Source of the DNA: Chiloscyllium plagiosum
Lineage: Eukaryota
Reading direction: 5' to 3'
Assembly: GCF_004010195.1 (NCBI RefSeq)
Contig: NC_057728.1
Location: 54,852,588 to 54,914,587, forward strand
DNA length: 62,000 nucleotides
Shown: in pieces, positions 1-11,094 of the stretch
Position numbering within the stretch: the stretch's first letter is position 1
Layout of the letters: every line of letters begins with the position of its first letter
The notes under the pieces: generated by a model
Seen by the model: the letters and a program-made list of their open reading frames with translations, nothing else
Told to the model about the DNA's origin: nothing
Databases searched by the model: none
Program-made: the position numbers and the translations under genes

Positions 1-221
1 TATAAAGGGAGTTAGAGTTTTAAACAGTAGAGTTTTATACTGATAGTTCATAACTGTTTACCCATAGCTACAGTCTCTTTACTCGTAATAAGTTGGAATT
101 CCTGTTAAGTACAGAGACCTAGCCCATGCTTTCTGTCAACCTGGGTCTGAATGTCAGGTGGGTTGGAAATACTGTGTACGTTTTAAAAAAATCCTTAACT
201 TTTTGTGACAACTCAGATAAC

Positions 222-543
222 ACGGTGGCATGGTGGTTCAGTGGTTAGCACTGCTACCTCACAGCGCCAGGGACCTGGGTTCAATTCCCGCCTCGGGTAA
301 CTGTCTGTGTGGAGTTTGTACATTCTCCCCGTGTCTGCGTGGGTTTCCTCCGGGTGCTCCGGTTTCCTCCCACAGTCCAAAAATGTGTAGGTTAGGTGAA
401 TTGGCCATGCTAAATTGCCCGTAGTGTTAGCTGCATTAGTCAGGGGTGAATGTAGGGGAATGGATCTGGGTGGGTTGCTCTTCGGAGGGTCGGTGTAGAC
501 TTGTTGGGACAAAGGGCCTGTTTCCATACTGTAGGGAATCTAA
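222..543 (+). mobile_element. HE1-type V-SINE
   Basis: tRNA-like head (TGGTTCAGTGG; GGTTCAATTCC), V-domain-like core (TGTGTGGAGTTTG...GGGTTTCCTCCGGGTGCTCCGG), CR1-like tail GGGCCTGTTTCCA. Confidence 0.85.
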
Positions 544-1065
544 ACAGTAGAGCTTGATTTTCCTGTGAGCTCCCCTGGTGAAATGTAACTAAAGGGACGT
601 GGATAAATGCATGAAGGGGATGATGTTTAGTAGGGTTAGAGGAGTGAGATTGATTGAGCAGTTCTTTCAAAAGCATCATGCGGTGAATGGTCTCCTTTAG
701 CACTGCATCATTTTCTCATCCAAGATTTTAGAGTAAGGATATCACAGAAAAATAATTCCAATTTATTAAATCCTCTTCCATGTGCCCTGCAGCTCACCAT
801 AATTTGCCGGAGATTCTCACACCTCCTTTTCTGAAATAAATGTCATTTAGCTTTGGAGATTTCTTTGTTGTGCATCCTGAAAATCAAGGATGTACATCTC
901 AACAGGCTCATCTAACAATCAGTCACCTTTCTACGTTTAACACTTCTTTACGATTGATTCTAATTTGAATTCAACAATCTTCTTCAGATCATCTTCCATC
1001 AGTGCACATGACCCTCACTTCGCCAATATCGCAATGGCTAAACCCTCTACTCCTTTAATCATACA

Positions 1066-2122
1066 ATCCCTACAGTACAGAAGCAGGCCATTCGGGTCTA
1101 CACTGACCCTCTGAAGAGCATCCCACCCAGACCCCCCCCCATCTTATCCCTATAACCCCTGCATTTCCTGTGGCTAACAGTTATGAAGGTGTAGGTGTGT
1201 ACTGTACCTTTAAGCGAGAGTGGAAGCTGGCATAGACCAAGAGAGACACAGAGTATGCTGACAAATTAAAAAATGTAACATTTGGTTGAAACAAATAGTT
1301 GGAGATGTGTTGCCGTGGTACAAAAACAAATTCAAATTCAGCCAATCAGTTTAAATTATACCCCAGATACCAAAATCCAATCGAATTTGAATTTTACTGT
1401 TTCAGATGACATCAAACCAATGAAATGATCCAATGTTTTGGTGTATAAAATCAGACATTTTGAACAGTTAGGGGGAGAACAGCAAAGAGCTGTCAAGCAT
1501 CAACATAACAGCCAATAGAATAGCTCTCTGAAAGGTACCTGTCCGTAAGAAATTTGTGCAGTGAAGACCGAAGCCGACCTAGAGAAATCTACGGAGAAAG
1601 TTTGACATCCAAAGACGACAACTGGGTTGGAAATTGATTTGCCAAAGTTTAAGAGGGAATTTATCAGACCAGAGTGGGAGGTAGAAATAGGCTTAAGAGA
1701 AAGAAGTTACAAATAGTTGATGTTTAATGTTCTCTTTTGGACTTAAAGAATAAAATTGTTAAATATTTCTTTAAATAGTGATATTTGGGGTAGTTTTTTG
1801 CCACTCGAAATTTAACAGATTATAGCGTGAGGTGAGCTTTTCTGCATGTCTGGTTTAAATTAGTTGAGAGGTTTACCCCGTGTCGTAACACTAACCCACC
1901 TAGCCTGCATATCCCTGGACACGTTGGGCAACTGAGCGTGGCACATCAACCTAACTAACCTGCACACCCTTGGGTTGTGGGAGGAAACCGGACCACTGGG
2001 AGGAAGCCCACGCAGACACACGGAGAATGTGCAAATTCCACACAGACAATTGCCCGAGAGTGGATTCAAACCTGGGTCCCTAGAGCTGTGAGATAGCAGT
2101 GCTAACTGCTGAGCCACCATAC
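1066..2122 (-). mobile_element. HE1-type SINE split in two (1066-1178 and 1896-2122) by a solo LTR
   Basis: The SINE sequence resumes on both sides of the 1179-1890 insertion. Confidence 0.75.
1179..1890 (+). mobile_element. Solo LTR (712 bp), family unassigned
   Basis: 5-bp TSD CTAAC (1174-1178, 1891-1895); near-inverted ends AGTTATGA...TCGTAACA; CCAAT motifs, TATAAAA at ~1444, AATAAA at ~1749. Confidence 0.75.
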
Positions 2123-2226
2123 TGCACTCTGCTTCTTGATTTCCTTCATGTTCTGCAATTGGTCAATTAGAATGTTGATTGTTTCAATTCTTTTAAGTAC
2201 AGCTTTATTACGTGTCTTCCAATTTT

Positions 2227-2538
2227 GGGCGGTATGGTGGCACAGTGGTTAGCACTGCTGCCTCACAGCGCCTGAGACGGGTTCAATTCCCGACTCAGGC
2301 GACTGACTGTGTGGAGTTTGCACGTTCTCCCCATGTCTGCGTGGGTTTCCTGCGGGTGCTCCGGTTTCCTCCCACAATCCAAAGATGTGCAGGTCAGGTG
2401 AATTGGCCATGCTAAATTGCCCGTAGTTTTAGGTAAGGGGTAAATGTAGGGGTATGGGTGGGTTGCGCTTCGGCGGGTCGGTGTGGACTTGTTGGGCCGA
2501 AGGGCCTGTTTCCACACTGTAATCTAATCTAATCTAAT
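2227..2538 (+). mobile_element. HE1-type V-SINE, young subfamily
   Basis: Nearly identical to the copies at 18638 and 60064; (TAATC)n tail. Confidence 0.9.
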
Positions 2539-2984
2539 ATCTATATTTCGATCTTTTATTTTTGAATGTTCCACTTTCATGATTAAAATTGTTGTGGTTG
2601 TACAACCTCAAAAGAACCTCCCAAATTCTCTTCCTCGCTGATGCTATTTCAGATCTAAAATGCCCTTTGATTAAAGCAACTTTTAATTCAATGAAAACTG
2701 AATCAACTCAAACTTTGCTGTGATAACAATGGCATGGTCCAACATTTCTCTCCAATTCCACAACTTTGTGCAAGAAAAATGTTGAGAATTCTTCTCCCCA
2801 ACAGTTTTTGTTTCTCTGAAAATCACACTCTTTTCCTATTTTATGTCTAAGTTAATAATCAATCCTCCTCTCATTGACCTTAAAAATTAAAAATGCCACA
2901 ATCTTGCATATTATTTCCCCATCACTCCACATTCTCATTGTGCCAAATTGAAAAGTCAGGTTTACAATTTTTTTGTTTATCTCA

Positions 2985-3155
2985 TCCTTCGTGAAGCAGA
3001 TGGATTATTTTGTGCTGCCTGACAATAATTTCAGAATCATCAGATTTGTACTGAATTCAAATTCCACTATCTGCTGTTGCAGGATTTGAACCTGAGTCCC
3101 CAGAACATCACTTGAGTAATACTCTAGCAACAATACCATTAGGCCATTGCTTCCC
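2985..3155 (-). mobile_element. Degenerate tRNA-derived SINE, same family as 43757-44120
   Basis: Reverse complement reads GGGAAGCAATGGCCTAATGGTATT...GGGGACTCAGGTTCAAATCC. Confidence 0.55.
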
Positions 3156-5049
3156 TATATAATGAATCTTGGTTCTTTACCTCTCTACCTTTTGGTAAGA
3201 TCTATTTGTTTACATATTATATAACTACACTCATATAATTATACAAATATATATTATATAATTTACATATAATTATGTGCACACATTTTCTGAGTACACA
3301 AACCTCACAGACCATTCACCTGGTTGAAGTGAAAATAAGAATTGTGCGCATTAATTCGAACATCAGCTTATGATTCTATATAGGGATTCTATGATCAGCC
3401 ATATTCTCTGTGTTTTTATTTCTTTTCAAGCTGATTTCCTCTCACCCTTTCCAAAAAGTATTAATTCTGTCATGGATTATGGTTATGTGGGTGCGAGAAT
3501 GATCTTTTATGACAAGTTCCTATTCCTAATTTGTTCGTGAGTTTTAAATTACATTTCAGGCAACTTTACTCAACAGAATACTTCAGCTAGTTTAGAATAA
3601 AGGAAAATATTGAAACACATTATATATTAGATGGCCCCAGTGGCCTCCACATTTATCTCTGACAGCACACAATGCTTTTTGACAAGGAACATCAAAACCA
3701 CTTCTTTAGTTGAGCTCTCTCAGTCTGGAGTCTGAGTTGACTGACTGAAACCAGTGGCTTGGTTCCATTGCCTTTAATTATACAGTTTTGACTTCTTTCC
3801 TCAATCTGCTCTTTACACCAAAACAGTCAACAATAAAGCAGCTCCAAGCTTCGCTACAACTGGTCTCTAGTCTCAATCTCTTTCAACATCTGCTTTCCAG
3901 AAAGGACCCTGTATTTTGCCTGGAATGCATACCAATTTCCAAGCCTAACCCCATCCAAACTTCTATGAAAAAGAATTCCGCTAGACCAGCCAACTGCAAA
4001 ACCTCACTGGATGTTGACTCAGTGAACCCTAATTCACATGACTTAATGCCAAAACTATTGATTTTTTAAGTAATTCATAATTGTAACTTCTCACCACTCC
4101 TTTTTCTTTCTTTCTTCCTCGTATGCTTGCATGTGAGTGTGTCATTAAAAATATTCTCTGCCCAATCCTCAGTTTTGAATGCATCATAAACTCTACTTAG
4201 TCTTAACACTAAAGAATTTGTGGTGGGTTTTTTTTTAAATGGACTGTAAAACAGGTTTTGGGGAAACACACCATCACCTAATTTTAAAAGGAGAAAAATA
4301 GGCAATAAATTTAAAATGACTTCTATCACTTTAAAAGAGAGAACCACCAAAAATAATTTACTTCTCTTCTTGCTCTTGTCCATGATAATAATCTGTTGAT
4401 GCTTGAGTTCAAGGAGTATATCCAAATGCTGTGTTTTTGCTCTAATGATGTGTAAGTGAACACCTTAAGAATTATTATTTCTAATTAGCATATCTGTAAG
4501 ATTAAGTGATAAAATTATTTTGTTACTGAAGCACAGAGCATCCTATTCTTGCCAAGTACACACTAATTACTGAATTCAAATATGTCAACTAGAAAGTTAA
4601 TTACCATGAATTAAATCATAACATTTGACTTGCATAACAGAAAAATTGCCAAAGGATATTTAGATGCCCTCATTTGTAGGATCATTACTGAAGCAAAACA
4701 GCAAACATCCCTAAAACCATGTACACTATCAACTGCTCTGTTGTCCCTGCCAATTAAAAAAGATAAGCATGATGACAAAGTTTTGAACTTAGTTTCTTTA
4801 TTTATAATTTGTTAGTTTGATGACTGTATCAGAAGGAATTGGGAAATGGTGTCGTTGGAATGATAGTGTCCTGGGCTTTTCTGTAGGCTGCGGTGATATT
4901 ATTGCAATTCCAGTGTGTGGCAAGTTCATATTGCTTGCACCATTCAGAAAATACTATGTTTGCCAAGAATGTACACTGTGATCATTGCTCACATAGCATT
5001 CTGCCTCTACTTGTTTAGTCAATTTTAATGTGCTTTATTTAAATTCATT

Positions 5050-5835
5050 TCTTCCAAGAAATATACTTTAATCAAGGCTTAAAAACATCACAAAACATTT
5101 TGACTTGAAAATTTACAGGCAGTGCAATAACATTCAACTTTTTTTCCATATATATTTCACTCTTAAATATCTCAATACAATTGTAATTCTCTTAGTATTT
5201 AAACATACATTCAAATCCAGACCAGCCTGAAAGCAATTAATTTCAAATTAAATATTGCAAGAAGTGCAATACAATTAAACACTTCTGCAAATTCAATTCT
5301 AAGGTCCCTCAAACAATTTTATCAATACTCTTGATATTCACCAAGTACCTTTCTGGTCAAGCATACAGGTCATGAGATTCATTTTGTAGTCTTTAGTGTA
5401 CTATGGTTAAAAGACCTTTAAAAGCAGCAATTTTACATCTGCAGTGGCTGCTGCAATGTTTCGTGCATCCCTCAGCATGTAGCCCTGAACTTGAATGAAT
5501 GTACTAGTTTCCAGGACTCAGTGAGGGATACTTCTTTGGCCTGGGAAACCAGCAAATTTTGGACAGACCAAGGATACTCGTTCACAGAATTGATGGTCCT
5601 TCGGCATTCTCACCCCTAACCAAGTTTCATCTTGATACATATTCAAAGGTGTAGCAGTTAAGCATTCTGACAAATGACTTTGGCAGTACGTTTGGGGAAC
5701 CATCCAAAAGTATCTACCATCTCCTGTTTCTGTAGGGGCCTCGAGGATGTTAAGAGCAGACCATTGCCTGAGGGAGTTGTGGTCAAATCTATTTTTCCTT
5801 CATAAACCTTTTCACAAGGGGTAGGTCACAACATG
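5050..5835 (-). mobile_element. Old degenerate Tx1/L1-clade LINE 3' end (different family from the LTR-inserted one)
   Basis: Minus-strand translation near 5520-5605 gives RTINSV...WSVQNLLVSQAKEVSLTE, resembling a Tx1 ORF2 C-terminus; heavily decayed. Confidence 0.45.
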
Positions 5836-5852
5836 ACCAATGTTGAGAATGT

Positions 5853-6426
5853 TAAAAATCACACAATAACAGGTTATCGTAAGAGTACAGGCCTTCAGTT
5901 GAGACTGCATTTTGGCAGGGTAACGATAAGATTACTTACAGTGTGGAAACAGGCCCTTCGGCCCAACAAGTCCACACCGACCCTCCGAAGAGCAACCCAC
6001 CCCCCTACATTTACTCCTTCACCTTACACTACGGGCAATTTAGCACGGCCAATTTACCTACCCTGCACATTTTTGGACTGTGGGAGGAAACCGGAGCACC
6101 TGAAGGAAACCCACGCAGACACGGGGAGAATGTGTAAACTCCACACAGACAGTTGCCTGAGGCGGGAATTGAACCCAGGATTCTGGCGCTGTGAGGCAGC
6201 AGTGCTAACCACTGTGCTACCATGCCACCACTGTTATAGTCCAACAGGTTTATTTAGAAGCACTAGCTTTCAGAGTGCTGCTCCTTCATCAGGTGGTTGA
6301 CAATCAGCTGATGAAGGAGGAGTGCTCTGAAAGCTAGTGCTTCCAAATAAACCTGAAAGGACTATAAACTTGTGTTGTATGATTTTTAACTTTGTACACC
6401 CCAGTCCAACACCGGCGTCTCCAAAT
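5853..6426. mobile_element. Inverted-repeat Penelope-derived mini-element (family B) with hammerhead motifs, interrupted by an HE1 SINE
   Basis: 15-bp TSD CAATGTTGAGAATGT (5838-5852, 6427-6441); arms inverted around ~6300; CTGATGA-AGGAG..CTC-GAAAGCTA on both strands. Confidence 0.7.
5929..6230 (-). mobile_element. HE1-type V-SINE
   Basis: Reverse complement of the HE1 copies seen elsewhere in the window. Confidence 0.85.
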
Positions 6427-7897
6427 CAATGTTGAGAATGTATATTTAAAAACAATTTTTAAAAAAAGGTAGATATTGAAAGAATTTGGGCATTTTCTGC
6501 TTTAATAGGGTTTACAATATGGTTTTATTAAAAACTGAAATCAACAGTACAACATGTGATGTTTAAGGAAAACTACGTGACTTTGGAGAGAAGGCAAGCA
6601 AAGCTTTCAATGAGATAAGAAACTGGGTTTTTGGCCCTTAATTATTGGAAAACCTGGTTTTGAAAACTAGCCAAGAGGCCTCTTTGCTAATGGTTGCATA
6701 GCAACCCTTTTCAGACTTAGCTTTCCACTTCATAAGCCTAAACTGTAAGTATGGAAGGCTCCCTGAAGGTGAAGTATCTCTCCTTTTCACAGTAGAAGTT
6801 CCAGGGAACCTGATAAGTTAAGATTTCCAAATACCACTATTGTAAAACCCAGAAACCTGGACTCACCACTTTGCAAAAGCTAGGATCCGGGTAGGTTATA
6901 ACCAGAGCTGAAGCTCTTCCATCAGTCTATAACTGTCAAGGGGAGAGGTGAGAAGCCAAATCTAGAAAATTCAGACAAGCACTATATACATCTGAATGTG
7001 ATAGCGTGACATCTGGATCAACTTAGACTGGGCTATCACCAGAAGGCCCACAGTCAACTGCCTATCTGAGAAGGGGTTGGGAATGATGTTCACAGCCACA
7101 CAGTGAAACACAGTGTGTTTCAGATTGCCCAGCTGTCAATTTCCATGTATGGGCTAGAAGGATATCTGATCCCCTTGGCTCCACAAGGAAAGTAAAAACA
7201 AAGCAAATACAAGAACAAAATACTTTAGATACTAGAAATCCAAAGTAGAAACAAGAAATGCAAGGAATACTTAGCAGGCCTGATAGTGTCAGAGGAGAGA
7301 GAATTAGAGTCTATCGTTCTCACTCTCCACAGATGCTCACAACATTATTTGATATACTCACCATTTTCTGCTTTTATTAATTAATTAAAAGCATATTTGA
7401 GTCTCTTCTGGATTGAGTCCTCTTCCTAAATTCTTCACCTGCTGTTAAAATTACATCAGTCTCAAAGGACCTATTAAAATTTTGTTCCAGGCTTAATGAT
7501 GTAATTGGAACCCAATTAACATGATTAAAGAAAATCCAAGCTTGCTAGAAGAGGGTATATTTTCCACTTGCTCACTAAAATAGGTTAAAATTCCAAGCAG
7601 TCGGATCAGGGTGCAACATCTGTGGTGTGTATACCAGGGTTGATTGCTGTACCTGTCAGTCAACCCAACCTAAAATGTCTCAAATTACAAGCTATTTTGG
7701 CAAACTGTTCCTCCTAATGTCAGCAAGAAAAGTTTTATTTATTTTTAATAAAATAGTGATACTTATTTGCAGCCGAATTGTTGTGCAAAATAAATGATGT
7801 ATAATGTTCTTAGGTTACATTCTCCACATTTACACCATGGAAAGGTTCAAGGATCAAGTAGAACTAGGGAATGCATAACTTGTCCCAAGATTACCAC

Positions 7898-8685
7898 TGA
7901 AATAACTGCACAGAGGCCAACATCCCAGCACCAAGTCACCCTTTACTTGTGGCTGGTCAGCTCAGAGTCAGTCTCTGAACTGAGGATATGCTGAATCCCC
8001 TGTTTAAATTTTAAAAAAAACCCACACTACTAATAGCGGTAGTGCTTATTAAATCCCCATGTCACGTATGTGCAAGTGTAGGACACAGTGATGAATGAGT
8101 ACATAAATCTTTATTCCCAATCCACCATCAGGAAGAAAAGAAACACCAGAGTGGCTAGTGACAAGCAGTGCCCTTTTCAACAAAGGATAATGCTAAGTGA
8201 TCAAAAAAGTGAAGGGGAGGACAGGGATTAAATCAAAAATAGAGTCAGAGGAGGAAATAAAACACTCTGCATCCCAGAGTGTCCACCTCTCCCTGAAAGT
8301 CTCGAGATTGTTGGTGGTCACCGCGTGCTCCTTCTCCAGGGACACCCAGGCCTGCACATAACTGTGGAAGAGGGACCCCTGCTTATTTTTTCTTGACCCT
8401 CCACCCCAGATCCCCGAGAGAAAGGGGGGGGACTCCTGCGTAGAGAGCCCTCCACTGGGGATCCCCACCGCCCGGTGGCAAATTGGTCAAATCTCCTGTT
8501 TAATTTTTTTTCCCTCTTTTTTTTTTCCTTTTTTTTAACCCCCACACTACCGCCTAAGTGCGGTAGTGCTTATTTTATCTACCCCTGTTTATGTTGGTCA
8601 AAAAGGGCTTCCTGATTGGCCTGGGTAAACAATTCCAATCAAGGATCTTGTAGTCAATGAGATACAGCTGGTTCTAAACACTACA
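7898..8685 (-). mobile_element. LTR (same family as 14898-16370) interrupted by a Tx1 fragment array
   Basis: Minus strand: TGTAGTG...GGCCAATCAGGAAGCCC...ATAAACAGGGG [insert] ...AAAGGGTGACTTGG...GCCTCTGTGCAGTTATTTCA, colinear with the plus-strand copy. Confidence 0.75.
8007..8580 (-). mobile_element. Three tandem Tx1-clade LINE fragments separated by target-site copies
   Basis: Fragments 8503-8580 (3' hairpin + A tail), 8386-8489 (internal ORF2: PQWRALYAGVPPLSLGDLGWR + A tail) and 8007-8374 (VSLEKEHAVTTNNLETFRERW + 3'UTR). Target copies at 8581-8591, 8490-8502, 8375-8385 and 7994-8006. Confidence 0.8.
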
Positions 8686-8789
8686 CATTCAACACGTGAA
8701 CGAAATGTGCATAGTTAAAACAAAATAAACCATATAGTTTGTGATTATGTAGGAAAGGAATTGTCTTAGAATATATTTGATTATAAACA

Positions 8790-10180
8790 GTGTGACAAGC
8801 TGCTACTTTGACAAGATTATTCTGTCCTTTTGTTTCAAGAGGGATCGTAAATGCATAAGTTCCAATGTGTCTGGTTTGCATTGGTTTTAAGGCCAATTTC
8901 ATTATAACTAACAGGTACTGCCTCAGAAAAAACGGCTTTCAAGACTTAAAAAAAAACACTTGTACAATAAAAGGGGAGTGGCTAGGTCTCCCAATTCAGG
9001 GTTTGCTTTGTTTTGGTTTTAGCAAGCTGTTTTTGTTTGCAGTTGCTGGTCAAGTTTTAGCTGGGAATCCAGAGAAACTGCTGGGGACCCAAAGAAACAG
9101 CTCCATGCTGATCCCCCCTCCCCTCTCTCCCTGACATCTGTTCTGTAAGAACCTGTGTTTGATTTTACCTTTTTTGCCAAGGCAATGTGTATGGGATGTT
9201 GCAAAAATTTGGAACAGCATCATTAAGTTGTGATGGAGTCGATTGGTTTTCAGATAAGTTATGTTATACAATATTTTGTTCTCTTTTGTTCATATATAAA
9301 TAAATTCTGTTTTGTTTAAAACCGAAGTATTCTTATGAATACTTCAAACAATGAAAGAAAACATTTTCATACCTGATAAGAGACACACTGAAACAACAGA
9401 AATGTGCAGCTCAAACACAGTGATATTGCAACAGTGCTGAATCTGCAGGAATAGTCCCAAGTCAGGAGTTCAGCTGGTGAGCAATTAAATATTGAAAATT
9501 GGTCAAATCTTTGGTTCAAAGATGAAACTTTAAACGCCACTGTAACTCAGACAGAAAGAATTTTGAAAATAAGTTGCAGCTCAGATTAGACACCAAATGG
9601 ATACTAAACAGAAACAGAATGAGTTTGGCCAAGGGTGAATCTTACATAATTCTGGAGTGGAAAGCCAGCAAAATCATGAAACCGATCTCTTAAAGCCAAT
9701 TGGCCTGGGCAATTTAAAGAAGCAAACAATTCTGATTTGAAAGATTTTCTAGAAGATCCTATTTTATCCACAAAAGATGGGAGATCCTCCATTGCAGTCA
9801 CAAAAGTGCAGGAATCTTCCATTAAAACTGCAATGAGCGGGAAAACCCTCCGGAACAGCCGCAATGCTTTAGAGAACCAGCATTATACCAAAACAAAAAT
9901 CTTCAAATAAGGTCAAATATTTAATCACATGAATAAGGATTGGCATCAGAAACAGTATTTACAGGAAGATTTAGTTTTAGAGGTGGGCCAGATAGAGCTT
10001 AAAATTGTTCTGGAGATATAGAATAGCTTCTAAACTGAATACTAAGTCAGAAGATTTACAGGTAAATATATTTCCATATACAATTAGGAGTATAGCATAT
10101 ATTGTTTGACAAGGATTAAAAGGCAATAAACACATTTGAAGAGGTACTAAAAACCTTTAACAATAATTTAAGCCTCCAAC
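8790..10180 (+). mobile_element. Probable decayed LTR-retrotransposon remnant (LTR-like 8790-9330; gag-like ~9990-10175)
   Basis: AATAAA at ~9298; translation RIASKLNTKSEDLQVN...TFEEVLKTFNNNL resembles Gypsy-type gag. No TSD identified. Confidence 0.35.
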
Positions 10181-10196
10181 TAAATCAAAGATCCCT

Positions 10197-10503
10197 CCCA
10201 CCCCAGTTATACTCTCTTCCACACTCTTCTGTGGGCAGAAGATATAAAGGTTTGTATACACATATGAATAGATTCAAGAACAGATTTTCCCCCACTGTTA
10301 TCAAACTTCTGAATGGACCTCTCAAATTTTAAATTTAATGCTCATCTCACTTGCTGTGCACCTTCCCTGCAGCCATAACATTGTATTCCTCACTCTGTTC
10401 CATTACTCAATGCACTTTGTGTTGTATGATCTGCCTGTACTGCATGCAAAACAAAATGTTTTACTATACTTAGGTACAAGTGACAACAATAAATCAAATC
10501 AAA
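10197..10503 (+). mobile_element. Rex1/Babar LINE 3' end
   Basis: GRRYK....NRFKNRFSPTVIKLLN-like C-terminus, then a 3'UTR ending AATAAATCAAATCAAA. Confidence 0.6.
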
Positions 10504-10689
10504 CAAGAATAGGTCCTCCCATAAGTCTTTGTAATAATGTAAAACATATTCTTAAAGCCTATGAATAGTTGCAGATATGCATTAAACTAAATCTTGTTTA
10601 ATCTACAAAATTCTTGTTAAATCAGAAAGTGGCTGGTCTCTCACACATTTGACCATATAAGCCTCTAAAGGACTCACATACTTACTAAA

Positions 10690-11030
10690 CGGCATGGTGG
10701 CTCAATGGTTAGCACTGCTGCCTCACAGCGGCAGGGACCTGGGTTTGATTCCAGCTTTGGAATTGGAGTTTTTCTATTCTCCCCAAGTCTGCGTGGGTTT
10801 CCTCCAGGTGCTCTGGTTCCTCCCACAGTCCATAGATGTGCAGGTTAAGTAAATTGGCCATGCTAAATTGCCCACACTGTTCAGGGATGCCGAGATTAGG
10901 TGCATTAATAAGAGGAAATGTAAAGTAATAAAGTAGGGGAATGGTCTGAGTGGAATACTCTTCTGAGGGTCAGTGTGGGCTTGTTGGGCCAAATGGCCTG
11001 TTTCCAAATCTCCACATAGGGATTCTATGT
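10690..11030 (+). mobile_element. HE1-type V-SINE (diverged)
   Basis: Same head, core and tail as the other copies. Confidence 0.8.
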
Positions 11031-11094
11031 TTCCATGATATGGATGGAGTGCACACACAGCCATCAAACAAAAATTGACACAAATCCAAAGAAG

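Noticed and set aside
2227..2300. tRNA genes at SINE heads
   Set aside because: The A/B boxes continue into SINE bodies and no complete cloverleaf was seen.
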